Assembly (NCBI RefSeq): GCF_009914755.1
Contig: NC_060931.1
Direction: 5' to 3' (one strand)
Source: the human T2T-CHM13v2.0 reference genome, Homo sapiens
DNA: 64,000 nt
The notes under the pieces were generated by a model. That model was not told the origin of the DNA. It saw only the letters and a list, made by a program, of their open reading frames with translations, and did not search any database. Shown here piece by piece: positions 1 to 16,842 of this stretch; within the stretch, counting starts at the first letter, position 1; the number at the start of each line of letters is the position of its first letter. A program made the translations under genes and the position numbers.

Positions 1-1036
1 TCCCAGCTAAGGTCCCAGGAAGTACAATTCTACCCATTACCCTTAAGACATCACAGATGATCGGTCAGTACTAATAAGTGCTGTACGGTTATTGGACAGA
101 TTCGAGTTAACGTATGGAGAACAGGCAGGGTGCAAAGTGCATCCTGGCGTAGACCCCAGCTCTGCCAGGCACTAGCTCTGTAGGCTCTTGAACAACTTCC
201 TTACCTCCCTGTGCCTTGTTTTCTTTTTTTTTTTTTCCCGAGACGGAGTCTCTCTCTGTTGCCCAGGCTGGAGTGCAGTGGCAGGATCTTGGCTCACCAC
301 AACCTCCACCTCCCGGGTTTGAGCAATTCCCCTGCCTCAGCCTCCTGAGTAGCTGGGATTACAGTTGTGTGCCATCACGCCTGGCTAATTTTTGTATTTT
401 TAGTAGAGACGGGGTTTCACTATGTTGGCCAGGCTGGTCTCGAACTCCTTACCTCACAATGCGCCCTCCTCGGCCTCCCAAAGTGCTGGGATTATAAGTG
501 TGCGCCACCGCACCCGGCCCTTGGTTTTCTATTCTGTAAAACGGAAGTGACCCGGTGGAGATAAAGGGGTAAATGCAGAGAATGAACTCAGAACATGCCG
601 GTCGCCTTGGCAGTGCTCGCTAAGTGTTTGCATTTTTTTCCCTCCCTGTAACCGCTAGACCACCACGGAACTTGCATTTTTTGCTACTGGATGACAGGTC
701 TTCCTCCTCTCCCAGGGTGGCTGTCTGGCAGGTTTCCCCACTTCCTGCAGTCTTCTCTGCCCTAGGGGACCAGTAGCCATGTTTCTGCCCCAACAAGTAA
801 CCTCCTTGCCCTGTCCTGGCTCCCGGGATCCTTCCTCTGGTGGTCTGCACAGGCCACGGCGCTCAGGGTGCCGCAGCGGCAAAGTGGGCAGTGGTCGCCC
901 GTGTTCCAGGGAAGGAGGAGGGTGAGGGCGCCTGACCTCAGAGACCCCCAGAAGGTATCTGTGGGGGCACAGATGACCAGGAGCCCTGGAGTTAGTTCCA
1001 TTTGCTGGCTGTGACCTTGGAAAGCCAGCAATGATT

Positions 1037-1165
1037 CAGGACCGGCTGCACAATTTGTGCAAAATGAAAATGTGGGGCCTCTTGTCCAAAAAGTATTACG
1101 AATTTCAAAACAGCCACAGCAGAGCACCACGCCGAGCAAGGGCCCTTCTCAGTACAGACCCTGAG
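1037..1165 (-). mobile_element. MER45A-like hAT DNA transposon relic
   Basis: caggaccggct...gcaaaatgaaaatgtggggcc...gggcccttct matches the reverse complement of the MER45A consensus as recalled. Confidence 0.65.
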
Positions 1166-2123
1166 CCTCCCGAGAGTGTGAGTGCTGGGGAAATCTGGGG
1201 AAAGAGGCCAAGGCTGTCCAGAGCCGAGCCCCTCCCTGGGGATTGTGTCTGGGGCCCGCAAACTCCCCAGGCGGAGGGAAGAGCCAGTCCTCCGGAGACG
1301 CTGGGCACCGAGCCTCCTCCAGGCCCGGAGAACGAGCCTGTAGCCTGTCGCTGTTTGCTGAGGGCCCTGACCTCTGTGGGAACACACAGGAAGTGGTTCA
1401 TTTTCTCCCCACCAGTGACTCACTCCCGTCAGCCCTGCCCTTTCCAATCTCTGCTTCCTGTCCCTTAGCCTCAGCTTGGGTAATTCTGGGCAATAGAAAG
1501 GCCAGTCTGGTTGAGTCTGAAACTGCCATCTCACATGCAATTTCGCACTCATCTTGTCCCCCACTGAAGGGCTGGCTTAGCCTTGGCCGGAGAGCCCTGG
1601 AGAAGGAGGGGAGAGGTCGGGGGGACTGGCTGCGGTCCTTCCTCTTTCTCCTGGCTTCTGGGGTTGGGAGGGGAAGAGGAGGAAGAGGAGGAGGAGGAGA
1701 AGGTCTGGAGTGTCGGCACAATAGTAATATCAATAACAATAGCAGCTAATATTTACTGCAAGTGGTTCTCTGGGTCTGGAGATGCTCCAAGCACTTTTCT
1801 GACCGTAAGTTATGGCATTAAGTTTTGTAACTAGGAGGTAGGTCCTGTAATAAGGTCCTGTTGTAATTCCCATTTTTCTCTGTTGAGGAAACAGGCTGAG
1901 ACAAGGTAGGTAATGTGCCCAAGGCCACAAAATTAGGAGGTGGCAGAGTCAGGATTGGAACCCAAGGTCTTCCTGATTCCACATCCGTTGCCCAGTCACT
2001 CCACTGCCTCACTTTCGCAAGAGTCCATATAAAGTTCCTGAGGTTGGGGCCTGGGACCTGTGGCAAGGTAAGTGTCCAGGGATTCAGCTAAGATGAGGCT
2101 TACACTTTTTTTTTTTTTGATAG

Positions 2124-2324
<201 letters not shown>

Positions 2325-3855
2325 TGACCTCAAGTGATCACCCCGCCTCGGCCTCCTGAAGTGTTGGGATTACAGGCGTGAGCCACTGCGCCCGGCCTGA
2401 GATGAAGCTTATTGAGGGTACTGAGAAAGATTTTTGACTCAATTTCTGAACCTTGTGAATTCTCACAGCACTTAACAGTAAGGAATTATCTGATATTTAC
2501 ATGCTTGTTATCTGCTTTCCTCATTAGGATGCAAACTTCATAAAACCATTTTGTTCATCTCTTCCTGATACCTGGTATGCGCTCACTAAATGCTTGGGAA
2601 CGTGAATGAATGAATGAAACGTCTTCTGACGTGATCCTTGTATCTACATCTCCTTGCTGCGGCCAAGTCTCAGGTGCACCCTGAGCTCAGTGGTGGTCTT
2701 GCCTTTGCCCAGAGTGGGATGGGGTCCAGGTGGGGTGTCCCAAGCAGCCTGAAGAACATGACTCGAAATTCCCATCTGTGACCACCAGGTGTCGCTCATG
2801 CCACACAAGGAAACCCATAGATGGCCTCTGCTGAATTAGGGGTGCAGCGGGTGGGGAAATCTCATCTGTGACCACAGATGAGTTATCCAGGCTGCCATTT
2901 GTTCTCATTAGGTCCTGGATTTCCTCCTCAGAACCAGACAGATGTGATCAGCATTGTGGGCCGAGGGTCGGCACCTCCCCACCTCCCCGGCTATGGGTAG
3001 CTGTAGGGTGTCAGGGAGTGGATGCTGGGGTTCAGGCCCCGGATTCCATCCAGCTGCAGCCGTGTCACTGCCACTCCTCCTGCCCCCAAGCTTTGGCCTT
3101 GGCTGCCCAGGTAAGGCTGGCCCGGCACAGCCATTCATCAGTGTCAGCCGCCAGATGCCCCTCACAGGGCTCCCGTCCTCCGGGAACACTCCCAGGCCCC
3201 TAGCAACAAACTCAGCTTCCTGCCCTCATGGCACCGGCATCTTCCCCACTCCTTTTGCCGGGGTCTAAGTTTGGGGTGCATGCTTCCAGCCCCAGGAGCC
3301 CCCTCAATATCACACTGAGGTTGACTTGGCCATTTCTGCTTTCAGCCAACATAACCGGGTTCTAGAAGCTTCCTGACCGCTGTGGGAGGGTCACTTGGCC
3401 AGCAGGCAAGCGTTTCTTATTCCATGTACTTGAGTGAAGCAAAACCAGGGCTGTGTTTTTTTCCTTTTTTTTTTCTTTCTTTTTTTTTTTGAAACCAAGT
3501 CTCTCTGTCGCCCAGGCTGGAGATAACAGGTGCCCACCACCACGCTCAGCTAATTTTTGTATTTTTAGTAGAGATAAGGTTTCACCATGTTGGTAAGGCT
3601 GGTCTTGAACTGCTGATCTCAAGTGAACCACATGCCTTGGCCTCCCAAAGTGCTGGGATTACAGGTGTGAGCCACCACGCCTGGCCCTTTTTTCTTTTAT
3701 TTGAGACAGGGTCTCGCTTTGTTGCCCAGGCTGGAGTGCAGTGGTGGGATCACAGCTCATTGCAGCCTCAACCTCCAGGGCGCAAGCGGTCCTCTCACCT
3801 CAGCCTCTTGAGTAGCTGGGACCAGAGGTGCTTGACACCACACCTGACTCATTAA

Positions 3856-4080
<225 letters not shown>

Positions 4081-4493
4081 TGAACTTGGTCATTTAAGCT
4101 CAATTCTGAGCATTCCTTTGCTCACCTGGCGTGGCAGGTATGCTCTAGGGGGTGGTATAAACTTATGGCCCTGGGGAGGCTCCAGTTCCCCCTCCAACAC
4201 AGATGTCTCCTGGAGGGACATTGTCATGTGCCATCCCCCACCCTCCATGCTGGTTATCCCAGAGGTGCCTGGTTCTCTGTGGAGGGCATTTTCTCTGCAT
4301 CTTGCTAGCAGTCCCTGACTAATTTCCCGGCCTCACATCCTCCCGTGCTCCCATGGGGGCCATGGGAGACTTGGGGACCGTCTTTCTTGGACCCCTGCCA
4401 GGTGCCTTCTGTGTTAGTGAGATGTGCCCTTCCCTGGGTGGAAGGTTGACTTCCCATTCCCTGGGTTGGCTTCCCATTTCCCTGGGTGCCATC

Positions 4494-4914
4494 TGTGCCA
4501 GTTTGTTCTTGCATTGCTATAAAGGAGTACCTGAGACTGGGTAATTGATAAAGAAAAGGGGTTTAATTGGCTCACAGTTCTGCAGGCTGTATAGGAAGTG
4601 CGGTGCTGCCTTCTGCTTCTAGTGAGGTCTCCGGAAGCTTCCAATCATGGCGGAAGGTACAGGCGGCAGGAGTGAGAGAGAGAAGGGGGAGGCCCCAGAC
4701 TCTTAAACGACCAGAGCTCTTAAACCCAGATTCTTAAACAACCAGATCTCATGTAAACTGAGCAAAAACTCACTCATCACCAAGCGAATGTGGCTAAGCC
4801 ACTCGTGAGGGGTCTGCCTGCCGTGATCCAACACCTCCCACCAGGCCCTGCCTCCAACACTGGGGATCACATTCCAACATGAGATTTGGAGGGACACACA
4901 TCCAAACCATATCA
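4494..4914 (-). mobile_element. MST-family MaLR solo LTR
   Basis: TG...CA ends; gctataaag...ctgagactgggtaat...ggctcacagttctgcaggctgta; atgagatttgg...ccaaaccatatca; 5-bp TSD-like ccatc/ccacc. Confidence 0.85.
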
Positions 4915-5040
4915 CCACCTATCTCCAGGTATCCAGCACATGTGGGCTTCCTCCTCCCCTGCAGCCTGGGGGTGGGGTACTACATTTTCCTTTATAACAT
5001 AGTGGTCACAATTTTGCGTTCTTTTCTTCCTGTTAAATGC

Positions 5041-5459
<419 letters not shown>

Positions 5460-5731
5460 TAAAATTTTTTTTTTGAGACAGAATCTTGCTCTGTTGCCCA
5501 GGCTGGAGTGCAGTGGTGCAATCCCAGCTAACTGCTTTCTGTGTTCAAGCGATTCTCCCGCCTCAGCCTCCTGAATAGCTAGGATTACAGGCATGTGCCA
5601 CCATACCATGCTAATTTTTGTATTTTTAGTAGAGGAGGGGTTTTGCCATGTGGGCCAGGCTGGTCTGGAACAGTTGACTTCAGGCGATCCACCTGCCTTG
5701 GCCTCCCACAGTGCTGAGATTACAGGTGTGA

Positions 5732-6070
<339 letters not shown>

Positions 6071-6082
6071 TGACTTTTGTAG

Positions 6083-6211
<129 letters not shown>

Positions 6212-6927
6212 TAAATGGACAAATAGCAATTGATATGTTTATCATGTACAACACAATGTTTTGAAATACGCATACCTTGTAGAATGGTTCAATCAAGCAA
6301 ATTAACATATGCATTCCTCCCATGCTTATTATTTTTTGTAGTGAGAACACTTAAAATCTGTCTACATGGTGAAACCTCATCTCTATTAAAAATAAAATAC
6401 TCGATTGCATTTTCAAAATACAAGATGTCTCGATTTAAATAAGGGTTAAATCTTGTTTTCTCCACCTTATTTCCTAGTTCGCTAGCAAATGCTGCATTTG
6501 TTAATTAATTTAGGGCAATTCTTTCTTTCTGTAATTGACAAATAATAATTACGTCTATTTAAGGGGCACCGTGTGATGCTTCGATCCATGTATACGTCGT
6601 AGAATGATTAAACGCAGCGAATTAACATATCATAACCCTTAAAGCAGAGGCTTCCAGTTTCCTCTAGGGGATTCCCCATGTTCCATTCCAGTTCTGGTGG
6701 GGCCTTTCCAAGCCATACACAAACACATACACACGCGGATGTACCCCATGGAGTCACATACGAACGCACGTACACCACAGCCACGCATAGTCACAGGAGC
6801 ATTGCAGGCACGCACGTGCACACACCCACCCACACACCCACCCACACACCCACCCAGGGGCATGGTCCTGTAACCCGGACCTCTTCACATCTTTGGCAAC
6901 AGTAACGTGGCCCAAGGGGTAGGCCTA

Positions 6928-7607
6928 TGTATTAGTCTGTTTTCACCCTGCTATAAAGAACTGCCTGAGACTGGGTGATTTATAAAGGAAAAGAGGTTGA
7001 ATTGACTCACAGTTCAGCATGGCTGGGAGGCCTCAAGAAACTTACAATCATGATGGAAGGTGAAGAGGAAGCAAGGACCTTCTTCATAAAGTGGCAGGAG
7101 GGTGAAGTGCTGAGTGAAGCGGGAAGAGCCCCTTGTAAAACCATCAGATCTCCTGAAAACTCAGCCACTCTCACGAGAACAGCTTGGGGGAAATCTATCC
7201 CCGTGACTCAATGACCTCCACTTGGTCTCTCCCATGACTCAGTGGAGATTATGGGGATTACAGTTCAAGATGAGATTTGGGGCCGGGTGCGGTGGTTCAC
7301 ACCTGTAATCCCAGCACTTTGGGAGGCCGAAGTGGGCAGATCACTTGAGGTCAGGAGTTCGAGACCAGCCTGGCCAACATGGCGAAACCTTGTCTCTACT
7401 AAAAATACAAAAATTAGCCAGAAGTGATGGTGCGTGCCTGTAGTCCCAGCTACGTGGGAGGCTGTGGCAGGAGAATCGCTTGAACCCGAGAGGCAGAGGC
7501 TGCAGTGAGCCGAGATCACACCAGCCTGGGTGACAGAGCCAGACTCAGTCTCAAAGGAAAAAAAAAAAAGATGAGATTTGGGTGAGGCGCAAAGCCTCAC
7601 CATATCA
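6928..7607 (-). mobile_element. THE1-family MaLR solo LTR interrupted by an Alu (7281-7569, TSD aagatgagatttgg)
   Basis: tgtattagtctgttttcac...gactcacagttcagcatggctgggaggcctca...ccatatca; the Alu is flanked by a direct repeat. Confidence 0.85.
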
Positions 7608-9569
7608 GTCTCCACCCAGGAGAGTCCACCCTGCCTGGAGGAGAAAGAGGGCGCTGGGCTGTGGTGGCCCCGTGTGTCCCAGTGGAGGGGTCTGTCTGCC
7701 ATGGGCAGGAGTGCGCCCCCCCTGCACAGAGGGCTACAGCTCAGAGGCGAGGCGGGGATCGGACCTAGTGAGAGCTGAGCGCCTGGTCTGGGCCCTGTTG
7801 GGCTTGGTGAGCCACTCTGTGGCTTTTAGTGATACCTGAGCCAGCAGACCTTACCTCTGTGCGCCAGGGGTGCTTTGTGGGGTCCGATGCTGTTCACACC
7901 CTGCGTCCTCCCGTCCTGTCCGGGTCCCCCTTTCCCACGTGCACAAGGAGTGGCTGACGGTCTCCCAGGACTCCCCCACCACCCCCTACACACTCCACTT
8001 CAACTCTGCAAAGGCAGCACCCTTCCCTGGAGTGTGAGACCCTCCCTGCCTGCCCCTCTCTGCCTGAGCAGGACAGGAAGCTATTGAGCCCCTGTGAAGC
8101 TCTAGGCCAGGTGCCTGGAGTCAGCGATGAGTAAGAGGAGGCAGGGCCTGCAGCCCTCGGAGGCCCAGGACTTTAGGGAACTCATTAGAGAGACTCATTT
8201 CGTTACCTGTGTCACTTTGGTCATCTGGGAGGCAGACGTCAAGACAGAAGAAATGAGCAAGAGATTGATGAAACGCAATGCCCAAGCAGGATACAGGGAG
8301 AGGATGCAGGGTGGGCGGGGACCAACTTCCAACCGTGACGCAGGGCTGGTGTTTGCCAGAGGAGAAGAGGAAGGAAGGAGGGTTAAGTGGGAGGAGCCCC
8401 AGGCTGCAGTGCAGCTGTGAGAAAGTCCTCTCCAGGCCCACGGGGAGCTCTAGCAAGGTCCCGGGTGGGGCAGGAGCTGCCAGGCCCCAGGTGCTACTGC
8501 ATTCCTGTGGAGGGTGACTCTGGGAGGGAAAGCAGAGCCGTGCACCTCCAGGGCCACCCCGACGGTGACACAAAGGCTGATGTGACACATGCATCAAAGC
8601 ACTGACCAAATGCCGGGGCCGGTGGCTCACGCCTGTAATTCCAACACTTTGGGAGGCTGAGGCGGGTGGATCACCTGAGGTCAGGAGTTTGAGACCAGCG
8701 TGGCCAACATGGTGAAACCCCATCTCTACTAAAAATACACAAATTAGCAGGGCGTGGTGGTGCCTGCCTGCAGCCCCAGCCACGGGGAAGGCTGAGGCAG
8801 GAGGATCGCTTGGACCTGGGAGGCGGAGGTTGCAGTGAGATGAGATCGCACCACTGCACTCCATCCTAGGCAATGGACCGACCAAGGGACTGGGGTCAGG
8901 GAGCACCGACCAAGGGACTGGGGTCAGGGAGGCTTCCTGGAGAGGGCTGACACCTGAGACATTTCCAGTGTAAAGGAGATGGGGGCTGAGTGTCAGAGGC
9001 CAGGGCTTATGCAGGGCCCCGAGGTGGATCATCTCTCTGGGACTGGATGAGGACAGCATCACAGGCGCAAGTTGAGGGCAGGACTCATGGCTTGCGGGCG
9101 CAGTGAACGTGACATGGGCCAGGCTTGCAGAGCCCGAGGGTTGTATTTGGGACTCTGGTCCTGTGTCCCAGCCCACTTTGATTCCAGTGGGCAGACCAGC
9201 TCAACCCAAACCCCTGCCACTGGCTGAACGCTCCCTGGGGCCCTGGGTCTACCACCTGCCTTGGGAATGCTGCCTGAGCTCTCTCTCTCTGGCATTCTGA
9301 CCACTCCTGCCAGATACAGCTCGATCTGTGCCTTTGTTCTAGCACTGATTTTTGTTCCTGCATGGAGAGCAGGCTTGCCTGTCTCCACAGTTAGGCTGGG
9401 GCCATGGTGGGAGGGGATCTGCTTATTCATTGCCTGATTATTCATTTTGAGGTCTGGTAGAGTGGGATTCTCAGGGAATGGGTGCCTGCCCCAGGATGAG
9501 GTTCAAGAACCTTCTCTCCAGTGCAAGGTTTGGAGAAGGTCCAGGTGAGCAGGGGTCTGGGGTCTGAGT

Positions 9570-9790
9570 CCAGAGTGACCCTAAGCCAGCAGCATCCCCC
9601 AAGAGCTTATTAGAAACACAGATACTCAGGCCTCAAGCCCAGACCTGTAGAATCAAAATATACCTGGAGGTAGAGTCCAAGAATCCGCATGTTATGAACT
9701 TTCCTGATGATTCTTACACCCATCCAAGTTTGAGAAACACCAGTGGTCCAAGTTTGAGAAACACCAGTGGTCCAAGTTTGAGAAACACCA
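9570..9790. mobile_element. MER5-like hAT-Charlie relic with triplicated 24-bp terminus
   Basis: ccagcagcatc...cttattagaaa...ctcaggcc...ccagacct...gaatca...tgattct...aagtttgagaaacacca. Confidence 0.65.
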
Positions 9791-10103
9791 CCGGTCTAGT
9801 GCAATCTCCTCACTCCACATGGGGTGGCGGTACTTGGGCTGAGGCTCACTCTGAGTCCCACACCCAGACGGTGGCTGAATGCAGACAGAGAGCACATCAG
9901 GCCTCTGGGCTGTGAGGAACACAGCCAGAGACTTCAGTAAAAAACGCATCTGGGGGACTAAACCTATGATTTGTGCAAAAACACCTGGGTGATTTTCATC
10001 ATGAAATAGAGCTCATCCTTCTGGAAAAACAATCCACCCATCTGTTCGCAGTCAGAGGAGGATGTTCACGTAACACCAGATGCCGTGTTGGGTGCCATGG
10101 TAA

Positions 10104-10785
<682 letters not shown>

Positions 10786-12716
10786 TGAGGTCCAGTATAG
10801 CAAGGTTCTGAGGATATGTCAGCAGGGACTGAGGCTGAGAGACGCTGATCACAGTTCCGTCAGGGATGACCTCCTCTGTCCTGGCAAGAGGCCAGACTGG
10901 AGCGACACTTCAGTAGAGAGAAGCCAGGGCTTTCTTCCCGCAAAGTCAATCATGTCTGGTCTCAACTGTCGGAAACTCGGTCAGCAAGTTTATGCTGTGA
11001 TGAGAACTGGAGCACCAAACTCTGTGATGTGCATATGTTGTGGGCAGTGGCGGGTGCTGTTATCATTCATGACTGTTCCCTTCCCTGCACCTCGAGTTTG
11101 GGCTTTGCTGAGAGATTGCTTTGGGCAGTGGGCTGTTGAGGGGGATGTAGCAGGAGCAGAGGCTTGACACGCACTTCTTAATGGGGCTTGCCTTCTTGCC
11201 CACCTCTTTTTCGCCATGAGAAGAACAGCCCTGGGCTAGCCTGCCAGGCCACAGGGCTGAGCCTCACCTGCAGTTTGGAGCCAAGCCCAGGGAGTCCAGT
11301 CTAAGTCATCAGGATGCAAGAAATACATACTGTTTTCTGCAGCTGAGGTTTTCGCGGCTGTTATGCAGCCAAAGCTGACTCATGTACAGGATCTAGACTG
11401 GCCTATGGAATTAGAAAATCCTTTCTGTTGTTTTCCTGTTTGCTCCTCCTGGCTTTAGCCACAGCCCTCTGATTTGCATATGGCCCAGGAGTCTCCTGGG
11501 AAGAAATTTAAACCCCATGTCCAACATGGTTTTAAACATGTGCAGATTGTCAGATGCGGTGGAGAGGTACGGGCCATGGAAGACAAGTGTAGGGAGGAGA
11601 AAAAAATCCCTCCACAACAACAACAACAAAAAAGAACTCACCATAACTAAGAGAAGAGTTGGGCATCATGGGAAAACTCAGGAAGAGCCTGCGGGAGATG
11701 AAACAATGTTTTTCATAATGACGGTAGATTGAAGTAGATTTTATTCTCCTCCATCCTTGCTTTATCTACTCTGTTCTGTGTGGGGGTAACATACAGGTCC
11801 TTTTGCTTTCTTCGGGGATGATACAGCCACCTGGCCAAAACTGATCAAACCCCTGCTTCTGTGGGAGGAAGACCCCCAAGAACCATCAGAGACCAAAGGC
11901 AGGTGGATGAGAATGTTGGGTGGGGACTTGGGAGGCCCCAAATGGTGATGTGTTGATGAGGGCAACCTGCCTGCCAGTCATCCTTTAGGGACTCAGAGGA
12001 CCACAGGAGAAGGGAGGGTCAAAGTCACTTGGCTGTGTGAGCTTTTGATGCAAGCTTTCCTGGGCAGGCTGTCAACACAACTGCATATCTGTTCAGGCCA
12101 CAACACTTTCATTCACAGTGACCATTTGTTTTGTTTTGTTTTGTGTTTTGCTTTTTGAGAAAGTCTCATTCTGACACCCAGGCTGGAGTGCAGTGGCACC
12201 ATCGTGGCTCACTGCAGCCTCAAACTCCTGGGGCTCAAGTGATCCTCCTGCCTCAGCTTCCTGAGTAGCTGGGACCACAAGCTCACACCAGCAGCCCTGT
12301 CTAACTTTTAAATTTTTGTAGAGATGGGGTCTCCCTGTGTTGCCCAGCTGGTCTCAAACTCCTGGCCTCAAGTGATCCTCCCACTTTGGCCTCCCAAAGT
12401 GCTGGATTACAGGCGTGAGCCACTGCACCCGCCGACACAGCAACCTTCTCCTGTTGGAGTCCTTAATGTCCCACTTACAGATGATGAGGCAGGGGTGGGG
12501 TGTGGTGTGGGATTTGCCCACGGTACCACACCTGGGCATGGTGAGGCTGGACCTGGAGCAGGACTTTCAGATTGTGAGTCCAATGTGCTCCTTGACTCTC
12601 AGACAAGGACACAGGTTCAGGTGGTTTATTTGGGAGGTGACCCCAGGAACACCATAAAGACGTGAGAGCTGAGACAGGGCGGGAGGAAGGCTATTAAGGG
12701 TAAGACATGGAAGGCA

Positions 12717-13507
<791 letters not shown>

Positions 13508-15362
13508 AGAAGGTTGTAGCTGCAGGCACTTGGGGCTCAGTCTTGGTGGCACCCCTCCCTCCAAGAGGCTGTGTGGAATGTGCTTGAGAATTGCCCCCGT
13601 GAGGCGTGAGGAGCTGCGGCATTGACCCGCCCCCTCCTGCCTGGAGGTGTCTCGGAGCCCTGGGATTTTCCTCCCAATGTGGCATTCACAGGCATCACAT
13701 CACTATCTGGCCATCAGCCACGGTGGGAGTATTGACACCACAGACATCAGCGGATGTTACAAATCAGGCTTCTTTTTCCCCGTGAATCAGCCTCCTGTAC
13801 CACTCCGGCCCCTCCCTGGTGCAGGAGCAGTGCAGTGAGCTGATTCATGCGGAGAAAGATTGGTCTGGCCTGCCCCGTGAACGGTCTGTGTGTGGTCCTG
13901 GCCTGAGGACACCCCAGCGGGCTCATGTGGGGACTGCCTGCAGGTAACCTCTAGACTTGGCTGAGCACCAAGAGTGTTGGCCATAGGGGACCAGGCAGGT
14001 GGACGCCTGGGGGCAGCTGCTGGCTTCCCAGCGGGGCGCTGCCTGAGGCCCGGTTTGCCCAGAGAAGTGAGCAGCCAGCTGTGGCCCGGCAGAGTCCCAG
14101 GCCGTGCTGACAGGTGTGGCCAAAGGGCAAAGGGTGTTATTATAAAAGAGAATTTACGGCAGCGGCAGCTTGGGCTGGCTGAGCCCACGGGCAGCAGGAG
14201 GATGGAGTGGGGCTGGCAGGATGCTGGCAGGATGAAGGATCTGCATTTCATTGAGACAGTGGGTTGGAGTCCACGCGGCTGAGATTAAATAGCCCGTCCC
14301 CGGAATGCAGAGAGCCAGAGATAAATCAGACTTTACTGCAAGTGGGGTGGCAGGGAGTTAATTAGGAAAGAGAAAAAAAAATACATTTCAACTCACAAAG
14401 AAGCCCAGTGAGCCAGCAGAGAATAGCCCGGCCCCTCCAGGGGTCACTTTGGGGAGGGGCTGGCATCCCTGGTCCCACCAAAGGGCACACAGGACTGGGA
14501 AGGATGTCACCTTGGAAGTGTCAGGGCCCAGTGCAAGAGGGTGAGAATGCTGGCTGCCCCGTGGAGCTGTGCCCGGGCTGTGCCCCGGCTGGTCTTGGCC
14601 TGGGCCCTGCCAGTGAGGTGAGCTGGGTCCTGAACTTCCAGGTTGGGGACCAGGTCCTGGAATTGCATCCTGGTGCAGGAGCAGGCATCGCAGGTCACAT
14701 TCAATGAGTGCTCAGAAATACTCACGGAGGACCGGGCGCGGTGGCTCACGCCTGTAATCCCAGCACTATGGGAAGTTGAGGTGAGTGGATCACTTGAGGT
14801 CAGGAGTTCCAGACCAGCCTGGCCAACATGGTGAAACCCCATCTCTACCAAAACCAGAAAAATTAGCTGGGTGTGGTGGTGGGCACCTGTAATCCCACCT
14901 ACTTGGGAGGCTGAGTGGGGAGGATTGCTTGAGTCCAGGAGGCAGAGGTTGCAGTGAGCCAAGTCATACCACTGCACTCCAGCATGGGAGACAGAGCGAG
15001 ACTCCATCTCAATAATAACAATAAAAAAAAAAAGAAATACTCACGGAGGGAGCCCTTTACCCTAAGCCCCCCAGGTTCACCTCTTGCCATGCCCCACCCA
15101 GCCAATTGACCCCCAGCACCTTCCTTTTTCGTCTCCTCTCTGCCTCTTGCCTTTACTTGCGAGGGGACCCCTGTATGAACATCTGCCTCACTTTCTCCCA
15201 GCCATCGTTCAAAGTCCAGTTCTATTTATTTTCTTTCTTTTTTATTTTCTTACAAGACAGGGTCTTGCTCTGTTGCCCAGGCTAGAGTGCAGTGGTGCAA
15301 TCATAGCTCATTGTAGCCTGGAATTCCTGAGCTCAAGTGATCCTCCCACCTCAGCCTCTTGA

Positions 15363-15833
<471 letters not shown>

Positions 15834-16256
15834 TGATGTGAACCACTGCACCCGAACTCTATTTCCAACTTTTATTTAATTCATGCATTCATTCCACATC
15901 ACTTACTGAACTCCTACTCTCTGCTGGGCCCTGCTGGAGGATCTATACCCAAGACCAGCCTCTGCTCTTCATGAATTTACAGCTTAGTGCTGTCCAGGGT
16001 AGGGGTACAGATGTGTGAACAGGTGGTCCTAGGATGAGTGGGGGATGTTGTTCATGGAGGAAGTACGGGGTTTTGGGCACCAGAAGATGGTGATCTGGCC
16101 TTTTTTTGTGGTGGGGGTGGGTGCAGTAAAAAATGTTCTGAAGTCAAAGTTGCTTAGAACATCAAGGCACACAGCCTGGCTGTGGGTCCCTGCAATGCCC
16201 TGGGGCAGCTGTCCTTCGTTTTTTTCCTTTTTTTCTTTTTTTCTTTTTTTTGTTGA

Positions 16257-16472
<216 letters not shown>

Positions 16473-16842
16473 TGATCTGCCCGCCTCGGCCTCCGGAAGT
16501 GCTGGGATTACAAGCATGAGTCACCGCACCCGGCCGGTCCATTGCTTTTTAGTGCCCCCTCTTGATGTGGACCGGTCTGTGAAAGAGGAGCCAGCACTAG
16601 AGGGTCCCTCGTGGCCAATTCCACCTTGATCTGGGAAGCAACACAGGCTGCAGCTGGCCTCTTCAAAGGGGCAGGAAGTGTAAGCTGCCTGTGTTTCCGG
16701 GAGCGGGGCCCCTAGTTAGATGTGCACGGGCAAACGCTACCATGGCTGAGTTTGAAAGGAGTAGGAACTGGCCTGACATGGGAGAGGGGTGGCCCATCAG
16801 AGGCAGGGAAGCAGGGTAGCAGAGTGCTCATTGTCACTGGAA

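Noticed and set aside
8121-9176. Longest ORF in the track (351 aa, minus strand)
   Set aside because: Runs through an antisense Alu (LECSGAIS...GFHHVG...SASQS) and GC-rich flanks; no domain or exon evidence.
9723-9790. CRISPR-like direct repeats
   Set aside because: No spacers and a eukaryotic context; a simple tandem duplication.
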